Origin: Acidimicrobiia bacterium
GTDB lineage: Bacteria > Actinomycetota > Acidimicrobiia > IMCC26256 > PALSA-610
Length of the DNA stretch: 64,000 nt
Reading direction: 5' to 3'
Assembly: GCA_038320885.1 (NCBI GenBank)
Contig: JBBQER010000003.1
Location: 11,794-75,793 of the forward strand
Shown one piece after another: positions 42,822-52,379 of this stretch. Within the stretch, counting starts at the first letter, position 1. Each line of letters opens with the position of its first letter. A program made the translations under genes and the position numbers. The notes below the pieces were generated by a model. The model was not told the origin of the DNA, ran no database searches, and saw only the letters and a program-made list of their open reading frames with translations.

Positions 42822-45047
42822 GTGACGGACGGGCCGAGTTGGTTCGGTGAGCAGCGCTACGGCATGTTCGTGCACGCCAACATCGCGACCGTGCCCGCGT
42901 TCGCACCCGTGCACGAGTACGCCGACTGGTATTGGGCGTTCCTCGAGACCCGACCCGACATGGTGCTGCACCCGACGTGCCCGCTGCCCGAGGTCGTCGC
43001 CTGGCATCGCGAGCACGCGGCCGGGCAGGCCTTCGACGAGTTCATCCCCGAGCTGACCTTCGAGCGGTTCGACGCCGACGCCTACGCGCAGCTCCTCGAC
43101 GACGCGGGCATGCGGTATCTCGTGCACGTCACCAAGCATCACGACGGGTTCTGCTGGTGGGACACCGCGTACTCGGACCGATCCTCGGTGCGGCTCGGGC
43201 CGAAGCGTGATGTCACGGCCGAGCTTGCCGACGCGGTACGCCGGCGCGGGCACATCTTCGGTTGCTACTACTCGCTGCTCGACTGGGCCCACGCCGGCTA
43301 TCCCGATCAGGACCGCTATGTCGACGCGTTCATGCGCCCGCAGATCCAGGAGCTGGTCGAGCGGTTCGAACCCGCGCTGCTGTGGGGCGACGGCCACTGG
43401 GGCCATCCCGGCGGCCACTGGCGGGCCGACCGGATCCTGGCCGACGCCCGCGCGGTTGCGATCGAGCGCGGCTTCGAGTTGGTATTCAACGACCGGTTCT
43501 TCGCGTCGAGTCCCGACTTCCACGTGTACGAGTACGACGTTCCCGCAGTCGCGCCCGACGGGCCGTGGGAGCTGTGCCGCGGGCTCGGGTACTCGTTCTG
43601 CGTGAACCGCAACGAGCGGGTCGAGGATCACCTCAGTGCGACCCAGGTCGTGGGCCTGCTCGTCGAGACCGTCGCGAAGGGCGGCAACCTGCTGTTGAAC
43701 GTCGGGCCCAACGCCGACGGAACCGTGCCCGAGATCCAGGCGCGCGTGTTGCGCGACGCCGGCGCATGGGTGCGCGCCAACGCCGACGCGATTCACGGGT
43801 CGACCCGCTTCGACGTCCCGGGCGACGGGCAACACTGGTACACGCGCACGGGCGCCGCCGTGAACGCGTTCGACCTCGCGTCGAAGGCGGAGCCGCGGTT
43901 CAGCGCGTTGGGCAACGTTCGGCGCGTGTGCACGCCTGAAGGCGGCGAGCTGGCCTTCCGATCGGAGTCGGGCGCGGTGGTTGTCGACGCGCGCGCCGTC
44001 GACCGGCATCCGTTCGGCGCGCGCTACGTGATCGAGCTCGGCGCGCGGGAGCACGTCGACGTCTCCGAACGGGCGCCCGGTGGTGCCGCCCGCGCCCGGC
44101 GGCGCTACCCGACGATCACCGAAGCGCTGGCCGGTGCCGTCGTCGGAGATGTCGTGGAAGTCGGGCCCGGCCGCTACACGAGCGAGATCGGCGAGCGCTT
44201 CCCGTTGGTGGTCCCGGCCGGCGTGACGCTGCGAGCGGCCGCGAGCCTGGGCGCGCGTCGCATCGTGATCGACGCGGGTGGTGCGGTCGGCGTGCATCTC
44301 GCCGGCAACGACGCGACGCTGGAACGGGTCACGGTCACCGGCGGCGCCCCCGGCTACATGATGATCCCGCCCACGTGCGTCACCGGCAGCGGGGGAGACC
44401 GGCTCGTCGTACGCGACTGTCACGTCGAGTCGATCGCGCTCACGGGCGGATCGGGACACCGCGTGGTTGCCAACGTGATCGCGAGCGGTGCGGTGTCGAT
44501 CATGGGCGCGAGCGGCAGCGAGGTGCGGGCCAACTATCAGCACGGACTGCGCTGGGGCGTCGGCATCATGGTTGCCGGTGGCGCCGATCACGTCGTCGCC
44601 GACAACGAATGCCGCGACGACCTCTGCGCGATCCGCGTGGCCGGCACCGTTGGCGCGCGCATCGAGCACAACCGCACCGAGACGCGCTGGTGGGGGATCC
44701 ACGTGCTCGACGCGAGCGGTACCGTCGTCCGCTCGAACCGCGCGTGGCGAGTCATGCGCGCGGTGAACGTCGAAGGTGCCGCGGCCCTCGGCACCGTGGT
44801 CGACCGGCAGCTCGCCGAGCATTGCGACTCGGGCTTGCTGGTCGAGCGCGGCGCTGACGACACGCGGGTGTTCGACTCCTGGTTCCACGATTGCCGCGTC
44901 GGCCTGATCGCCTGGGAAGCCGGTACGGTCGCCGTCAGGAACATCGCGATCAGTGAGCCGCGCGACCACGCGGTCGTCACCGACCGGGGTATCGACCTCG
45001 GGGGCAACTACAACCTCGAAGGCGACGTGTGGATCGGTATGCCATGA
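42822..45047 (+). CDS. GH29 alpha-L-fucosidase domain fused to a right-handed beta-helix (pectate-lyase-like repeat) domain
   Basis: FGMFVHAN..., TKHHDGFCWWDT, LWGDGHW (GH29). The C-terminal roughly 330 aa have repetitive V.G/N..V.D beta-helix-like periodicity. No obvious signal peptide. Confidence 0.75.
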   Translation: MTDGPSWFGEQRYGMFVHANIATVPAFAPVHEYADWYWAFLETRPDMVLHPTCPLPEVVAWHREHAAGQAFDEFIPELTFERFDADAYAQLLDDAGMRYLVHVTKHHDGFCWWDTAYSDRSSVRLGPKRDVTAELADAVRRRGHIFGCYYSLLDWAHAGYPDQDRYVDAFMRPQIQELVERFEPALLWGDGHWGHPGGHWRADRILADARAVAIERGFELVFNDRFFASSPDFHVYEYDVPAVAPDGPWELCRGLGYSFCVNRNERVEDHLSATQVVGLLVETVAKGGNLLLNVGPNADGTVPEIQARVLRDAGAWVRANADAIHGSTRFDVPGDGQHWYTRTGAAVNAFDLASKAEPRFSALGNVRRVCTPEGGELAFRSESGAVVVDARAVDRHPFGARYVIELGAREHVDVSERAPGGAARARRRYPTITEALAGAVVGDVVEVGPGRYTSEIGERFPLVVPAGVTLRAAASLGARRIVIDAGGAVGVHLAGNDATLERVTVTGGAPGYMMIPPTCVTGSGGDRLVVRDCHVESIALTGGSGHRVVANVIASGAVSIMGASGSEVRANYQHGLRWGVGIMVAGGADHVVADNECRDDLCAIRVAGTVGARIEHNRTETRWWGIHVLDASGTVVRSNRAWRVMRAVNVEGAAALGTVVDRQLAEHCDSGLLVERGADDTRVFDSWFHDCRVGLIAWEAGTVAVRNIAISEPRDHAVVTDRGIDLGGNYNLEGDVWIGMP

Positions 45048-45739
45048 CCACCGAACATCTCCTCGTCGCGATCTGGCGGGCGGCCGCTGTCGCTCCCGCA
45101 GCACTGGCTGCCCAGATCGTCGAAACGTGGGCGCCCGAAGCACTCGGGGCCGAGTCGCTCGTGTCGTGCACCGTGAACCTCGCCGAAAGCGATCAGGGCA
45201 TGTACACGCGGGAGCCCGACGCAACCGGCATGGTCCCCAACTGCGACGCGTTGATCGCGCTCGGCCTCACTCGCGCCCACGATATCGACGACGTCCCCGC
45301 GCGAGACGTCCTCCACGCCGTCGCGCGGCGCGTCGACGTGTGGCGGGTCGATCCGCACCGCGTGATCACCGCGGAACGGGCGGGTCCCGACGGCGAGCCC
45401 GCGCCGGGTGTGAAGATGGTCTCGTTCATGCGCCGGATCGAGTCACTGAGCCACGAGCAGTTCGTGCGCCACTGGACCGAGAACCACACGCCGCTCGCGC
45501 GGCGCCACCACATCGCCCTGTGGAACTACACCCAGAACGTCGTCCGGCGCGCGCTCACGCCCGGTGGAGACGCGATCGACGGCGTCGCCGAGCTGCACTT
45601 CCGGACGCGCGCCGACTTCGAGAACAAGTTCTTCGACTCCGACGAGGGCCGCGCCGCGATCCTCGCCGACGTGAAGCGCTTCATGAAGCCGCCCTCCCCC
45701 GAGACCGCCCTCATGCGCGAGCTCCCCCTCCGCACCTGA
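45044..45739 (+). CDS. EthD domain-containing protein
   Basis: ATGA overlap with the upstream stop. SHEQFVRHWTENHTPLA...GVAELHFRTRADFE (EthD-like). Confidence 0.65.
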   Translation: MTTEHLLVAIWRAAAVAPAALAAQIVETWAPEALGAESLVSCTVNLAESDQGMYTREPDATGMVPNCDALIALGLTRAHDIDDVPARDVLHAVARRVDVWRVDPHRVITAERAGPDGEPAPGVKMVSFMRRIESLSHEQFVRHWTENHTPLARRHHIALWNYTQNVVRRALTPGGDAIDGVAELHFRTRADFENKFFDSDEGRAAILADVKRFMKPPSPETALMRELPLRT

Positions 45740-45817
45740 TCAGAGGCAGTGTCGAGGGACGTACGTGAAATGTCCTGAGCTTCCCCCGTTCGAACGGACG
45801 GGTGGGTTGCGTCGTGG

Positions 45818-45960
45818 TCATGCCGCGGTTGCGGTCTCGTAGTCGATGGGGCTGAGCATGTTGCAGTAGCTGCGGCGGCGTTTGGGGTTGTACCAGCATT
45901 CGATCCAGTCGAAGATCGCGAGCGCGAGTTGTTCGCGCGAGTTCCGATACTGGTTCGTTC
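45818..45960 (-). mobile_element. IS3-family transposase (OrfB) C-terminal remnant
   Basis: ...REQLALAIFDWIECWYNPKRRRSYCNMLSPIDYE* matches the conserved integrase-core C-terminus of IS3 transposases. No upstream catalytic region. Confidence 0.6.
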
Positions 45961-46043
45961 CGCGAGTCGCTCCGCGATCCGGCTGAATGACCGGTCCCGG
46001 AACCACAGCTGATCCGGGCGTTTGCGATGAGTACCATCGCGTG

Positions 46044-48047
46044 ATGACGGGCGTGCAACCCGCCGTCGACGAGATCGCAGCGGCGGAGACGGGCGAGTTG
46101 GGTGCGCCGGCGTATCGGCCTCACCTCGATGGTCTGCGCGCGATCGCCGTGTACTTGGTTGTGCTGTTCCACGCGGGGAGCGATCGCTTCTCGGGTGGCT
46201 ACGTCGGTGTCGACGTCTTCTTCGTGCTGTCGGGTTACCTCGTGACGCAGCTCCTACTGCGAGACATCGACACGCGCGGCTCGATCACGTATGGCCGTTT
46301 CTATTCGCGACGATTCCGGCGCTTGTTACCGGCGGCATTCGTCGTGCTCATCGTGACGGCGCTCGTGTACTCAGCGGTCGCTTCGCCGGCCGAGGTGCTG
46401 AACGCCGCCGGGTCGTTCAAAGCGGCGTTCTTATATGTCGCGAACTGGTATTTCGTCCACCAGTCGACGGGCTATTTCGGAACGGACATCACCGCGAATC
46501 CCGTCCTGCACTTCTGGTCCTTGGCCGTCGAAGAGCAGTTCTATCTCGTGTGGCCCCTGACCCTCGGCGGCGTCTTCTGGCTGACAGGCCGCTTCGATCC
46601 CCGCCGGCGCCGGAATGCGATCCGGGTCGTGGTCGCGCTGGGCATGGCCTCGTCGGCGGTGTGGGCCCTCTCCCTCGCGACGCGGAATCCCAATCGCGCC
46701 TACTACGGCACCGACGCCCGGGCGTATCAGCTCCTCGCGGGCGCGCTCCTCGCGCTGACTCCGGCGGTCTTCGCCGGGGCCGAGCGGTATCGCCGTCGGC
46801 TTCGGATCGCGAGCGCGGCGAGCGTGCTCGCGATCTTGTTCCTCGCTTCGTCGTCGGTCGACTTCAACGCGATTGATCGTGGGATCGCGGTGACGATCGC
46901 GACCTGCGTGCTGATCGTGGCGCTCGAAGCCGGCGGTGGCGTGGCCAAATTGCTGTCGACGCGAACCGCGGTGTACCTGGGCAAGATCTCCTACGGGACC
47001 TATCTGTGGCACTGGATCGTGATCCTTGTGCTCGTGCAGACCGTCCACCCGAGCAGCCTCGCCACGATCGCTTTGGCATGCCTCATCGCGTCGGCGTTGG
47101 CGTCGCTGAGCTTCGAGATCATGGAGCACCCGGTTCGGATCTCGAAGGCGCTTGACCGCCACCGCTGGTTCGTGATCGCCACTGGCCTCACGGTGAGCCT
47201 GGTGTCGGCGCTCGTGTTGATCCCGAAGATCGTCAAGCCCGCGAACGCCGCCGCGCCGACACTGCAACTCGCAACGACCGGCCTCGCGCCGGTCCCTCCC
47301 GGGATCGACTGGCACCACGCGGACCGCGGACAACGAACCTTTGTGGCGTGCGACGAACGCGATGCGTCGAAATGCACGATCGTGCACGGCCACGGCCCCC
47401 ACATCCTGGTCATCGGAGACAGCCACGCGCAGATGTTCGTGCCGGCTTTCATCCGGATCGCTCGTCGCGACGGTCTGACCCTCTCGGTGTCGACGCGCGG
47501 GATCTGTCCCTGGGAACGGGGGTCTGCCGGACCAGGTGGGGCGTTCGTCGGACGCCCGGACCTCACGCCCGCCGGTTGCACGGCACACCAGAACGACCTC
47601 TACGACCGCGTCATCCCCGCGCTCGATCCCGACGTGATCGTGGTCGCGGACATGGGTTACGGCGACATCCTGCGCTCCGCCGCGCGCTCGGTCAGGCAAC
47701 TCACCGCTACCGGAGCAAGCGTCTTCATCATCGAACCTACCCCGCGCACACCATTCGATCCGGTGAACTGCATTTCGAAGGCGCGGTGGCTCGAGGAGTG
47801 CCGCTCGGTCGCGCCGACCACACCAAGCCCGATCGAAGTCGGCTACCGCAACATCGCGCGGCAGAACAAGGGCGTGACGTCCGTCGACTTCGATCGGCTC
47901 ATCTGCCCGTTCCTACCGATCTGCGACCCGGTCGTGAACAACCAGCTCGTCAAGTGGGAAGCGGCGCACATCACATTGAAGTTCGCGCAGACGCTCGCAC
48001 CGCAGATTGACGTCTATCTGAAGCAGACCGGCGCGATCTCTCACTGA
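46044..48047 (+). CDS. acyltransferase-3 plus SGNH O-acyltransferase, paralog of 40260-42320
   Basis: YRPHLDGLRAIAVYLVVLFHAG...VDVFFVLSGYL. ILVIGDSHAQM. Start taken at MTGVQPAV. Confidence 0.85.
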   Translation: MTGVQPAVDEIAAAETGELGAPAYRPHLDGLRAIAVYLVVLFHAGSDRFSGGYVGVDVFFVLSGYLVTQLLLRDIDTRGSITYGRFYSRRFRRLLPAAFVVLIVTALVYSAVASPAEVLNAAGSFKAAFLYVANWYFVHQSTGYFGTDITANPVLHFWSLAVEEQFYLVWPLTLGGVFWLTGRFDPRRRRNAIRVVVALGMASSAVWALSLATRNPNRAYYGTDARAYQLLAGALLALTPAVFAGAERYRRRLRIASAASVLAILFLASSSVDFNAIDRGIAVTIATCVLIVALEAGGGVAKLLSTRTAVYLGKISYGTYLWHWIVILVLVQTVHPSSLATIALACLIASALASLSFEIMEHPVRISKALDRHRWFVIATGLTVSLVSALVLIPKIVKPANAAAPTLQLATTGLAPVPPGIDWHHADRGQRTFVACDERDASKCTIVHGHGPHILVIGDSHAQMFVPAFIRIARRDGLTLSVSTRGICPWERGSAGPGGAFVGRPDLTPAGCTAHQNDLYDRVIPALDPDVIVVADMGYGDILRSAARSVRQLTATGASVFIIEPTPRTPFDPVNCISKARWLEECRSVAPTTPSPIEVGYRNIARQNKGVTSVDFDRLICPFLPICDPVVNNQLVKWEAAHITLKFAQTLAPQIDVYLKQTGAISH

Positions 48048-48258
48048 ACTTCAAGCTTCGACTCACGCGCCGTCCTGTGAGCGCGGCGGCGATCGTGACA
48101 GATGCGAGCAGCACGATGACGACCTTGGAGGGTGCGCGGTAGCGAGTGTCGCCGCGGCTGAGGGCAACGGTGGTGACCACGAGCGCGACAAGCGCGGCTT
48201 GTGGGATCAGGGATGTTCTTCTCTCCGTGACGAGGAGCTGATGCAATAGGACTCATAG

Positions 48259-48365
48259 AACGAACGCTGCACCGGGTTCTTTGAACGTGCCGTGCGCTGG
48301 TTCGCCGAACACGGGATCACGATCGAACGAGTCCTGACCGATAACGGCATCGGTTACCGCAGCCG
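48259..48365 (+). mobile_element. IS481-family transposase internal remnant
   Basis: FFERAVRWFAEHGITIERVLTDNGIGYRSR matches the DDE-domain segment of IS481-type transposases. Only about 35 codons remain. Confidence 0.55.
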
Positions 48366-49268
48366 TTATGTGGGGAGGTTGAGGAGCTGCTCGGTCTGGG
48401 CAATGGTCGCCGGCGGGCGGCCGACTTCGGCGCAGAGTGATGCGGCGGCCGTGGCTTGCTCGACGTTCGGCGGGCCGCCGTCCCAGTCTTCGATGCCGAC
48501 GCGGAGGTGCCCACCCCGCTCGAGCGCGGCGCGTGCGAGCGGCGTGTCGAGGAGCGAGCCGCCGAGCAGGGCCACGGCCCACTCGACGGGTGCGTCGCCG
48601 AGCATGGCCAGGAAGAGATCGAGCGCCTCGATGATCGGCGGCGCGCCCCACAGCGGATCACCACCGCCGAGGTAGCCACCGCCGGCGAAGTAGAACTTCA
48701 CGAACGTGCCCGGCGGTAGCGCACCCGCGCGGGAGTACGCCAGCACGACTTGCAGGAAGCCCGGCTCGAAGATCGCGATGCTCGGGCCGAGACCGCGCGC
48801 CGTGCACACCTGCATCTCGTACCCGATCTTGGCGAACGTGTTGGTGTACACGAACTCGCTCGGCGGTGGAAGTCCGTCGCGACCGGTGCCACCGAGGTTC
48901 ACCGAGCCGGTGTCGACCGCGCCTTGGCGGACGAGTCCCATGTCGTCGAGCAGCTCCACGTGGCGGTAGCGGTCTTCGACCGTCTCGCCGAATCCGACGG
49001 TCGGGTAGCAGATGATCCCCGGATGTTGCTCGACCACCGGCCGGAACGCGGTCGCGTACTGCTCGGCCGCCTCTTCGGCGCCGACGACGAGGTCGGGCGC
49101 GTGGGTGTGGATGATCGTGGCGCCCGCGTCGACGCACGCGAGCGCGTCCTTGGCGTGCTCCTCGACGGTGGCGGGAACGTTGGGATTCCGGTGGCGGGTG
49201 GTCACGCCGTTGAGCGCGACCTCGAGGATCACGGGAGCATCGGCGGGCGGGTGGGGACGAGGCGTCAT
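48366..49268 (-). CDS. 3-keto-5-aminohexanoate cleavage enzyme family (BKACE/DUF849) protein
   Basis: VILEVALNGVTT...IIHTHAP...RVGIED pattern. 300 aa from MTPRPHPP. Confidence 0.8.
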   Translation of the reverse strand: MTPRPHPPADAPVILEVALNGVTTRHRNPNVPATVEEHAKDALACVDAGATIIHTHAPDLVVGAEEAAEQYATAFRPVVEQHPGIICYPTVGFGETVEDRYRHVELLDDMGLVRQGAVDTGSVNLGGTGRDGLPPPSEFVYTNTFAKIGYEMQVCTARGLGPSIAIFEPGFLQVVLAYSRAGALPPGTFVKFYFAGGGYLGGGDPLWGAPPIIEALDLFLAMLGDAPVEWAVALLGGSLLDTPLARAALERGGHLRVGIEDWDGGPPNVEQATAAASLCAEVGRPPATIAQTEQLLNLPT

Positions 49269-49287
49269 GTGGGTAGCGTGCCACGCC

Positions 49288-50217
49288 GTGCGCACCAGAA
49301 TCACGGAACTTCTCGGAATCGAGCACCCGATCGTGCAGGCCCCGATGGGCTTCATCGCCCGGGCCCAGCTCGCTTCGGCGGTGTCGAATGCCGGCGGCCT
49401 CGGCATCATCGAGACCTCGTCGGGCCAGCTGAGCGAAGTCCGCGACGAGATCCAGAAGATGCGCGCGCTCACCGACAAGCCGTTCGGCGTGAACATCGCG
49501 CAGCTCTTCGTACGAGACCCGAGCATCGTCGACTTCGTGGCGGAGAACGGCGTGGCATTCGTCACCACGTCGGCCGGTGATCCCACGAAGTTCACGAGGG
49601 CGCTGAAGGACGCGGGCCTCACGGTGTTCCACGTCGTGCCGTCGCTGCGCGGCGCGTTGAAGGCGGTCGATGCCGGGGTCGACGGGCTGGTCGTCGAAGG
49701 CAACGAAGGCGGCGGCTTCAAGGCGCCGACCGGCGCGTCGACGATGGTGTTGCTACCGCTGATCGCGTCCCGCGTCAACGTGCCGATCATCGCGGCCGGC
49801 GGGGTGTGCGACGGTCAGTCGATGGCGGCCGCGCTGGTGCTCGGCGCGGAAGGCGTGCAGATGGGCACGCGCATGGTGAGCGCGAAGGAGTCTCCGGTGC
49901 ACGACAACTGGAAGCAACTCATCTGCACGTCGAACGAAGGCGACACGTTGCTGCTCAACCGGCACGCGCCGCCCGCGTTCCGCGTCTTGCGAACCGCGTT
50001 CAGCGAGGCGGCCGAAGGCGAAGATCGCGCCGTGATTCCCAAGTTGGAGTCGGTGCACGACCTCTACTTCGGCGGCAACATGGAAGCGTCGTTCGCGTTC
50101 AGCGGTCAGGTCGCCGGCCGCATCACCGAAGTGATGCCCGTCGCGCAGATCCTGCGGGAGACGATCGCCGACTGCGAGCAGACGCTCCGCGAGATCTCCA
50201 CGCGCTTCGCCGGCTGA
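49288..50217 (+). CDS. nitronate monooxygenase / enoyl-reductase-II-like FMN oxidoreductase
   Basis: ITELLGIEHPIVQAPMG...GGLGII...VPIIAAGGV..G. The start is GTG at 49288, or the ATG at 49267. Confidence 0.8.
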   Translation: MRTRITELLGIEHPIVQAPMGFIARAQLASAVSNAGGLGIIETSSGQLSEVRDEIQKMRALTDKPFGVNIAQLFVRDPSIVDFVAENGVAFVTTSAGDPTKFTRALKDAGLTVFHVVPSLRGALKAVDAGVDGLVVEGNEGGGFKAPTGASTMVLLPLIASRVNVPIIAAGGVCDGQSMAAALVLGAEGVQMGTRMVSAKESPVHDNWKQLICTSNEGDTLLLNRHAPPAFRVLRTAFSEAAEGEDRAVIPKLESVHDLYFGGNMEASFAFSGQVAGRITEVMPVAQILRETIADCEQTLREISTRFAG

Positions 50218-50224
50218 GATCCGG

Positions 50225-50578
50225 TCAGCTGCCGCTGACGTTGTCGAGTCGTTGGAGAAGGTGATGCGCCGCGAGCTCGATCTCCTTGTGACGCCACTCT
50301 GCGGCCCGATACTGGCAGGCGATCAGTCCGCTGCGATGAACGCGGCGAAGGTCGCCGTAGACGAACCCGTACCGGGCTTTGGTGTCGTCGTTGGCACCGT
50401 CATGGAGAGCGAGATGCCACTCGGCGTACTCCTCCCACGAGTGCGACTCCAGGAACGCGTTCTCCTCGTCGGCGCTGGGCTGACTCTCGCCCCAGTCGCT
50501 GTCGAGCACGTACTGACGCGCATCGATGAGGTGCTGCGCTTTCGTGACGGCGTGATTGTTCACCGAATAGGAAGCCAT
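50225..50578 (-). CDS. conserved hypothetical protein
   Basis: 117 aa, acidic, non-shadow composition with coding GC3. No domain recognised. Confidence 0.5.
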   Translation of the reverse strand: MASYSVNNHAVTKAQHLIDARQYVLDSDWGESQPSADEENAFLESHSWEEYAEWHLALHDGANDDTKARYGFVYGDLRRVHRSGLIACQYRAAEWRHKEIELAAHHLLQRLDNVSGS

Positions 50579-50582
50579 CCCG

Positions 50583-50753
50583 TCATTTTGCCGGTCGCAG
50601 GAGAACGACGCCGAAGAGGATCGCGAACGCCCCGATCACGGCCCACAGGGCCTCGCCGCTCATGAACGAGCCGCCGATCCATCCGACACCTTGACCGAAC
50701 CAGATCACGCCCACGATGCAGAGCACCACTCCGGCGATCAGTCGTGTCCTCAC
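50583..50753 (-). CDS. small two-TM membrane protein (56 aa)
   Basis: Not in the track. GGGAGG 5 nt upstream of the GTG. VRTRLIAGVVLCIVGVIWFGQGVGWIGGSFMSGEALWAVIGAFAILFGVVLLRPAK*. Ends 4 nt before the next gene. Confidence 0.45.
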   Translation of the reverse strand: MRTRLIAGVVLCIVGVIWFGQGVGWIGGSFMSGEALWAVIGAFAILFGVVLLRPAK

Positions 50754-50894
50754 TCGTGCCTCCCGTGAACACCGCTTGAACGGTCGGTTTCGAGGCGGAC
50801 GTTAGGTCGGCACCCTCCGCTCAGAGAGTTACCCTGGGCTGCCGATGAGAGCGGGCACGTTCCCGCTGGGCGGATGTTCATAGGGGTCGCCGAG

Positions 50895-52379
50895 ATGCAC
50901 GAGCCCACCGACATCAATTCGAACCTGATCAAGCCGCTCCGGCCGCACGTGATGGTGCTGTTCGGTGCCACCGGCGACCTCGCGCGGCGCAAGCTCCTGC
51001 CCGGCATGTTCCACCTCTCGCAAGCGGGCCTGTTGCCCGACTGCCGCATCGTCGGATCGTCGCTCGACGAACTCGACGACGAGGGCTTCCGCCTGTTCGC
51101 CCGCGCCGCGCTCGACGAGTTCTCCCACCACGGCGTGCCCGACGACGAGTGGGACGCGTTCGCGGCGCGGCTCTTCTTCGTCTCCCAGTCGGCGGGGAAC
51201 GACGTGCTCGCGAAGGTCGTGGCCGAGCTGGAAGACGAGCTCGGCGGTGACGTCGCCCGTCTCCACTACCTCAGTGTTCCTCCCGCGGCGGCGACCGAGG
51301 TGGTGCGGAGTCTCGGAGAGGTCGGCTTGGCCGAGCGGGCGCGCATCATCATGGAGAAGCCGTTTGGTACGAACCTCGCGAGCGCGGTGAAGCTGAACGA
51401 CTCGCTGCACCAGACCTTCGACGAGAGCCAGATCTTCCGCATCGACCACTTCCTCGGGAAGGAAGCCGCGCTCAACATCCTTGCGTTCCGATTCGCGAAC
51501 GGGCTGTTCGAGCCGATCTGGAACCGTCAGCACATCGCGCACGTGCAGATCGACGTGCCGGAGACGCTCGCGATCGGCCAGCGCATCGGGTTCTACGAGA
51601 AGACCGGCGCGTACCGCGACATGGTCGTGAACCACCTGTTTCAAGTACTCGCGTTCATGGCGATGGAACCGCCGACCGCGCTCGAGCCGCAGTCGATCGG
51701 TGAGGAGAAGAACAAGGTGTTCCGGTCTCTGAGTCCGATCGAGCCGTCGCAGGTCGTGCGCGGGCAGTACGAGGGCTACCTCGACGAGCCGGGCGTGTCG
51801 CCGCACTCGGAGACCGAGACGTTCGTCGCGCTCCGGTGCGAGATCGACAACTGGCGCTGGGCGGGTGTGCCCTTCTACCTCCGCACCGGCAAGCGCATGG
51901 CGCAAGGCGCGCGCATCATCTCGATCGCGTTCCGCGAGCCGCCCAAGAGCATGTTCCCCGCCGGTTCCGGAGTCGGTGCGCACGGTCCCGACCACCTCAC
52001 CTTCGATCTCGCCGACGCGTCGCGGCTCTCGCTCTCGTTCTACGGCAAGCGTCCGGGGACCGGCATGCGGCTCGACAAGCAGAGTCTGCAGTTCGCGTTG
52101 CACGAGACCGGCCGTACGACCGACCTGCTCGAGGCGTACGAGCGGTTGATCTACGACGCCATGAGCGGGGACCACACGCTGTTCACGAGCGCCGACGGCA
52201 TCGAGAAGTTGTGGGAACGGTCGAGCCCGCTCCTCGAGAACCCTCCGCCGGTGCGGCCGTACCCGCCGGGCTCCTGGGGACCGAACGCGATTCACCAGCT
52301 GATCGCGCCCGACGCGTGGCGTCTCCCGTTCGAGCGGGCCTGGCGCGCGCCGCGCCCCGTGGATCGCGTGCTGCCCTAG
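50895..52379 (+). CDS. zwf: glucose-6-phosphate dehydrogenase
   Basis: LFGATGDLARRKL, RIDHFLGKE, EKPFG motifs. Confidence 0.9.
   Translation: MHEPTDINSNLIKPLRPHVMVLFGATGDLARRKLLPGMFHLSQAGLLPDCRIVGSSLDELDDEGFRLFARAALDEFSHHGVPDDEWDAFAARLFFVSQSAGNDVLAKVVAELEDELGGDVARLHYLSVPPAAATEVVRSLGEVGLAERARIIMEKPFGTNLASAVKLNDSLHQTFDESQIFRIDHFLGKEAALNILAFRFANGLFEPIWNRQHIAHVQIDVPETLAIGQRIGFYEKTGAYRDMVVNHLFQVLAFMAMEPPTALEPQSIGEEKNKVFRSLSPIEPSQVVRGQYEGYLDEPGVSPHSETETFVALRCEIDNWRWAGVPFYLRTGKRMAQGARIISIAFREPPKSMFPAGSGVGAHGPDHLTFDLADASRLSLSFYGKRPGTGMRLDKQSLQFALHETGRTTDLLEAYERLIYDAMSGDHTLFTSADGIEKLWERSSPLLENPPPVRPYPPGSWGPNAIHQLIAPDAWRLPFERAWRAPRPVDRVLP

Noticed and set aside
47971-48246. 91-aa minus-strand ORF with two hydrophobic stretches downstream of the second AT3-SGNH gene.
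   Set aside because: It overlaps the acyltransferase 3' end and has no start context or recognisable family. It is possibly a gene fragment next to the IS481 stub. It is not called.
24103-48365. Prophage or integrative conjugative element with its own integrase, and CRISPR arrays or other tandem repeat arrays anywhere in the window.
   Set aside because: No integrase, recombinase, phage structural or conjugation genes were seen, and no regularly spaced short repeats. Only the IS stubs and the smpB fragment point to past mobility.
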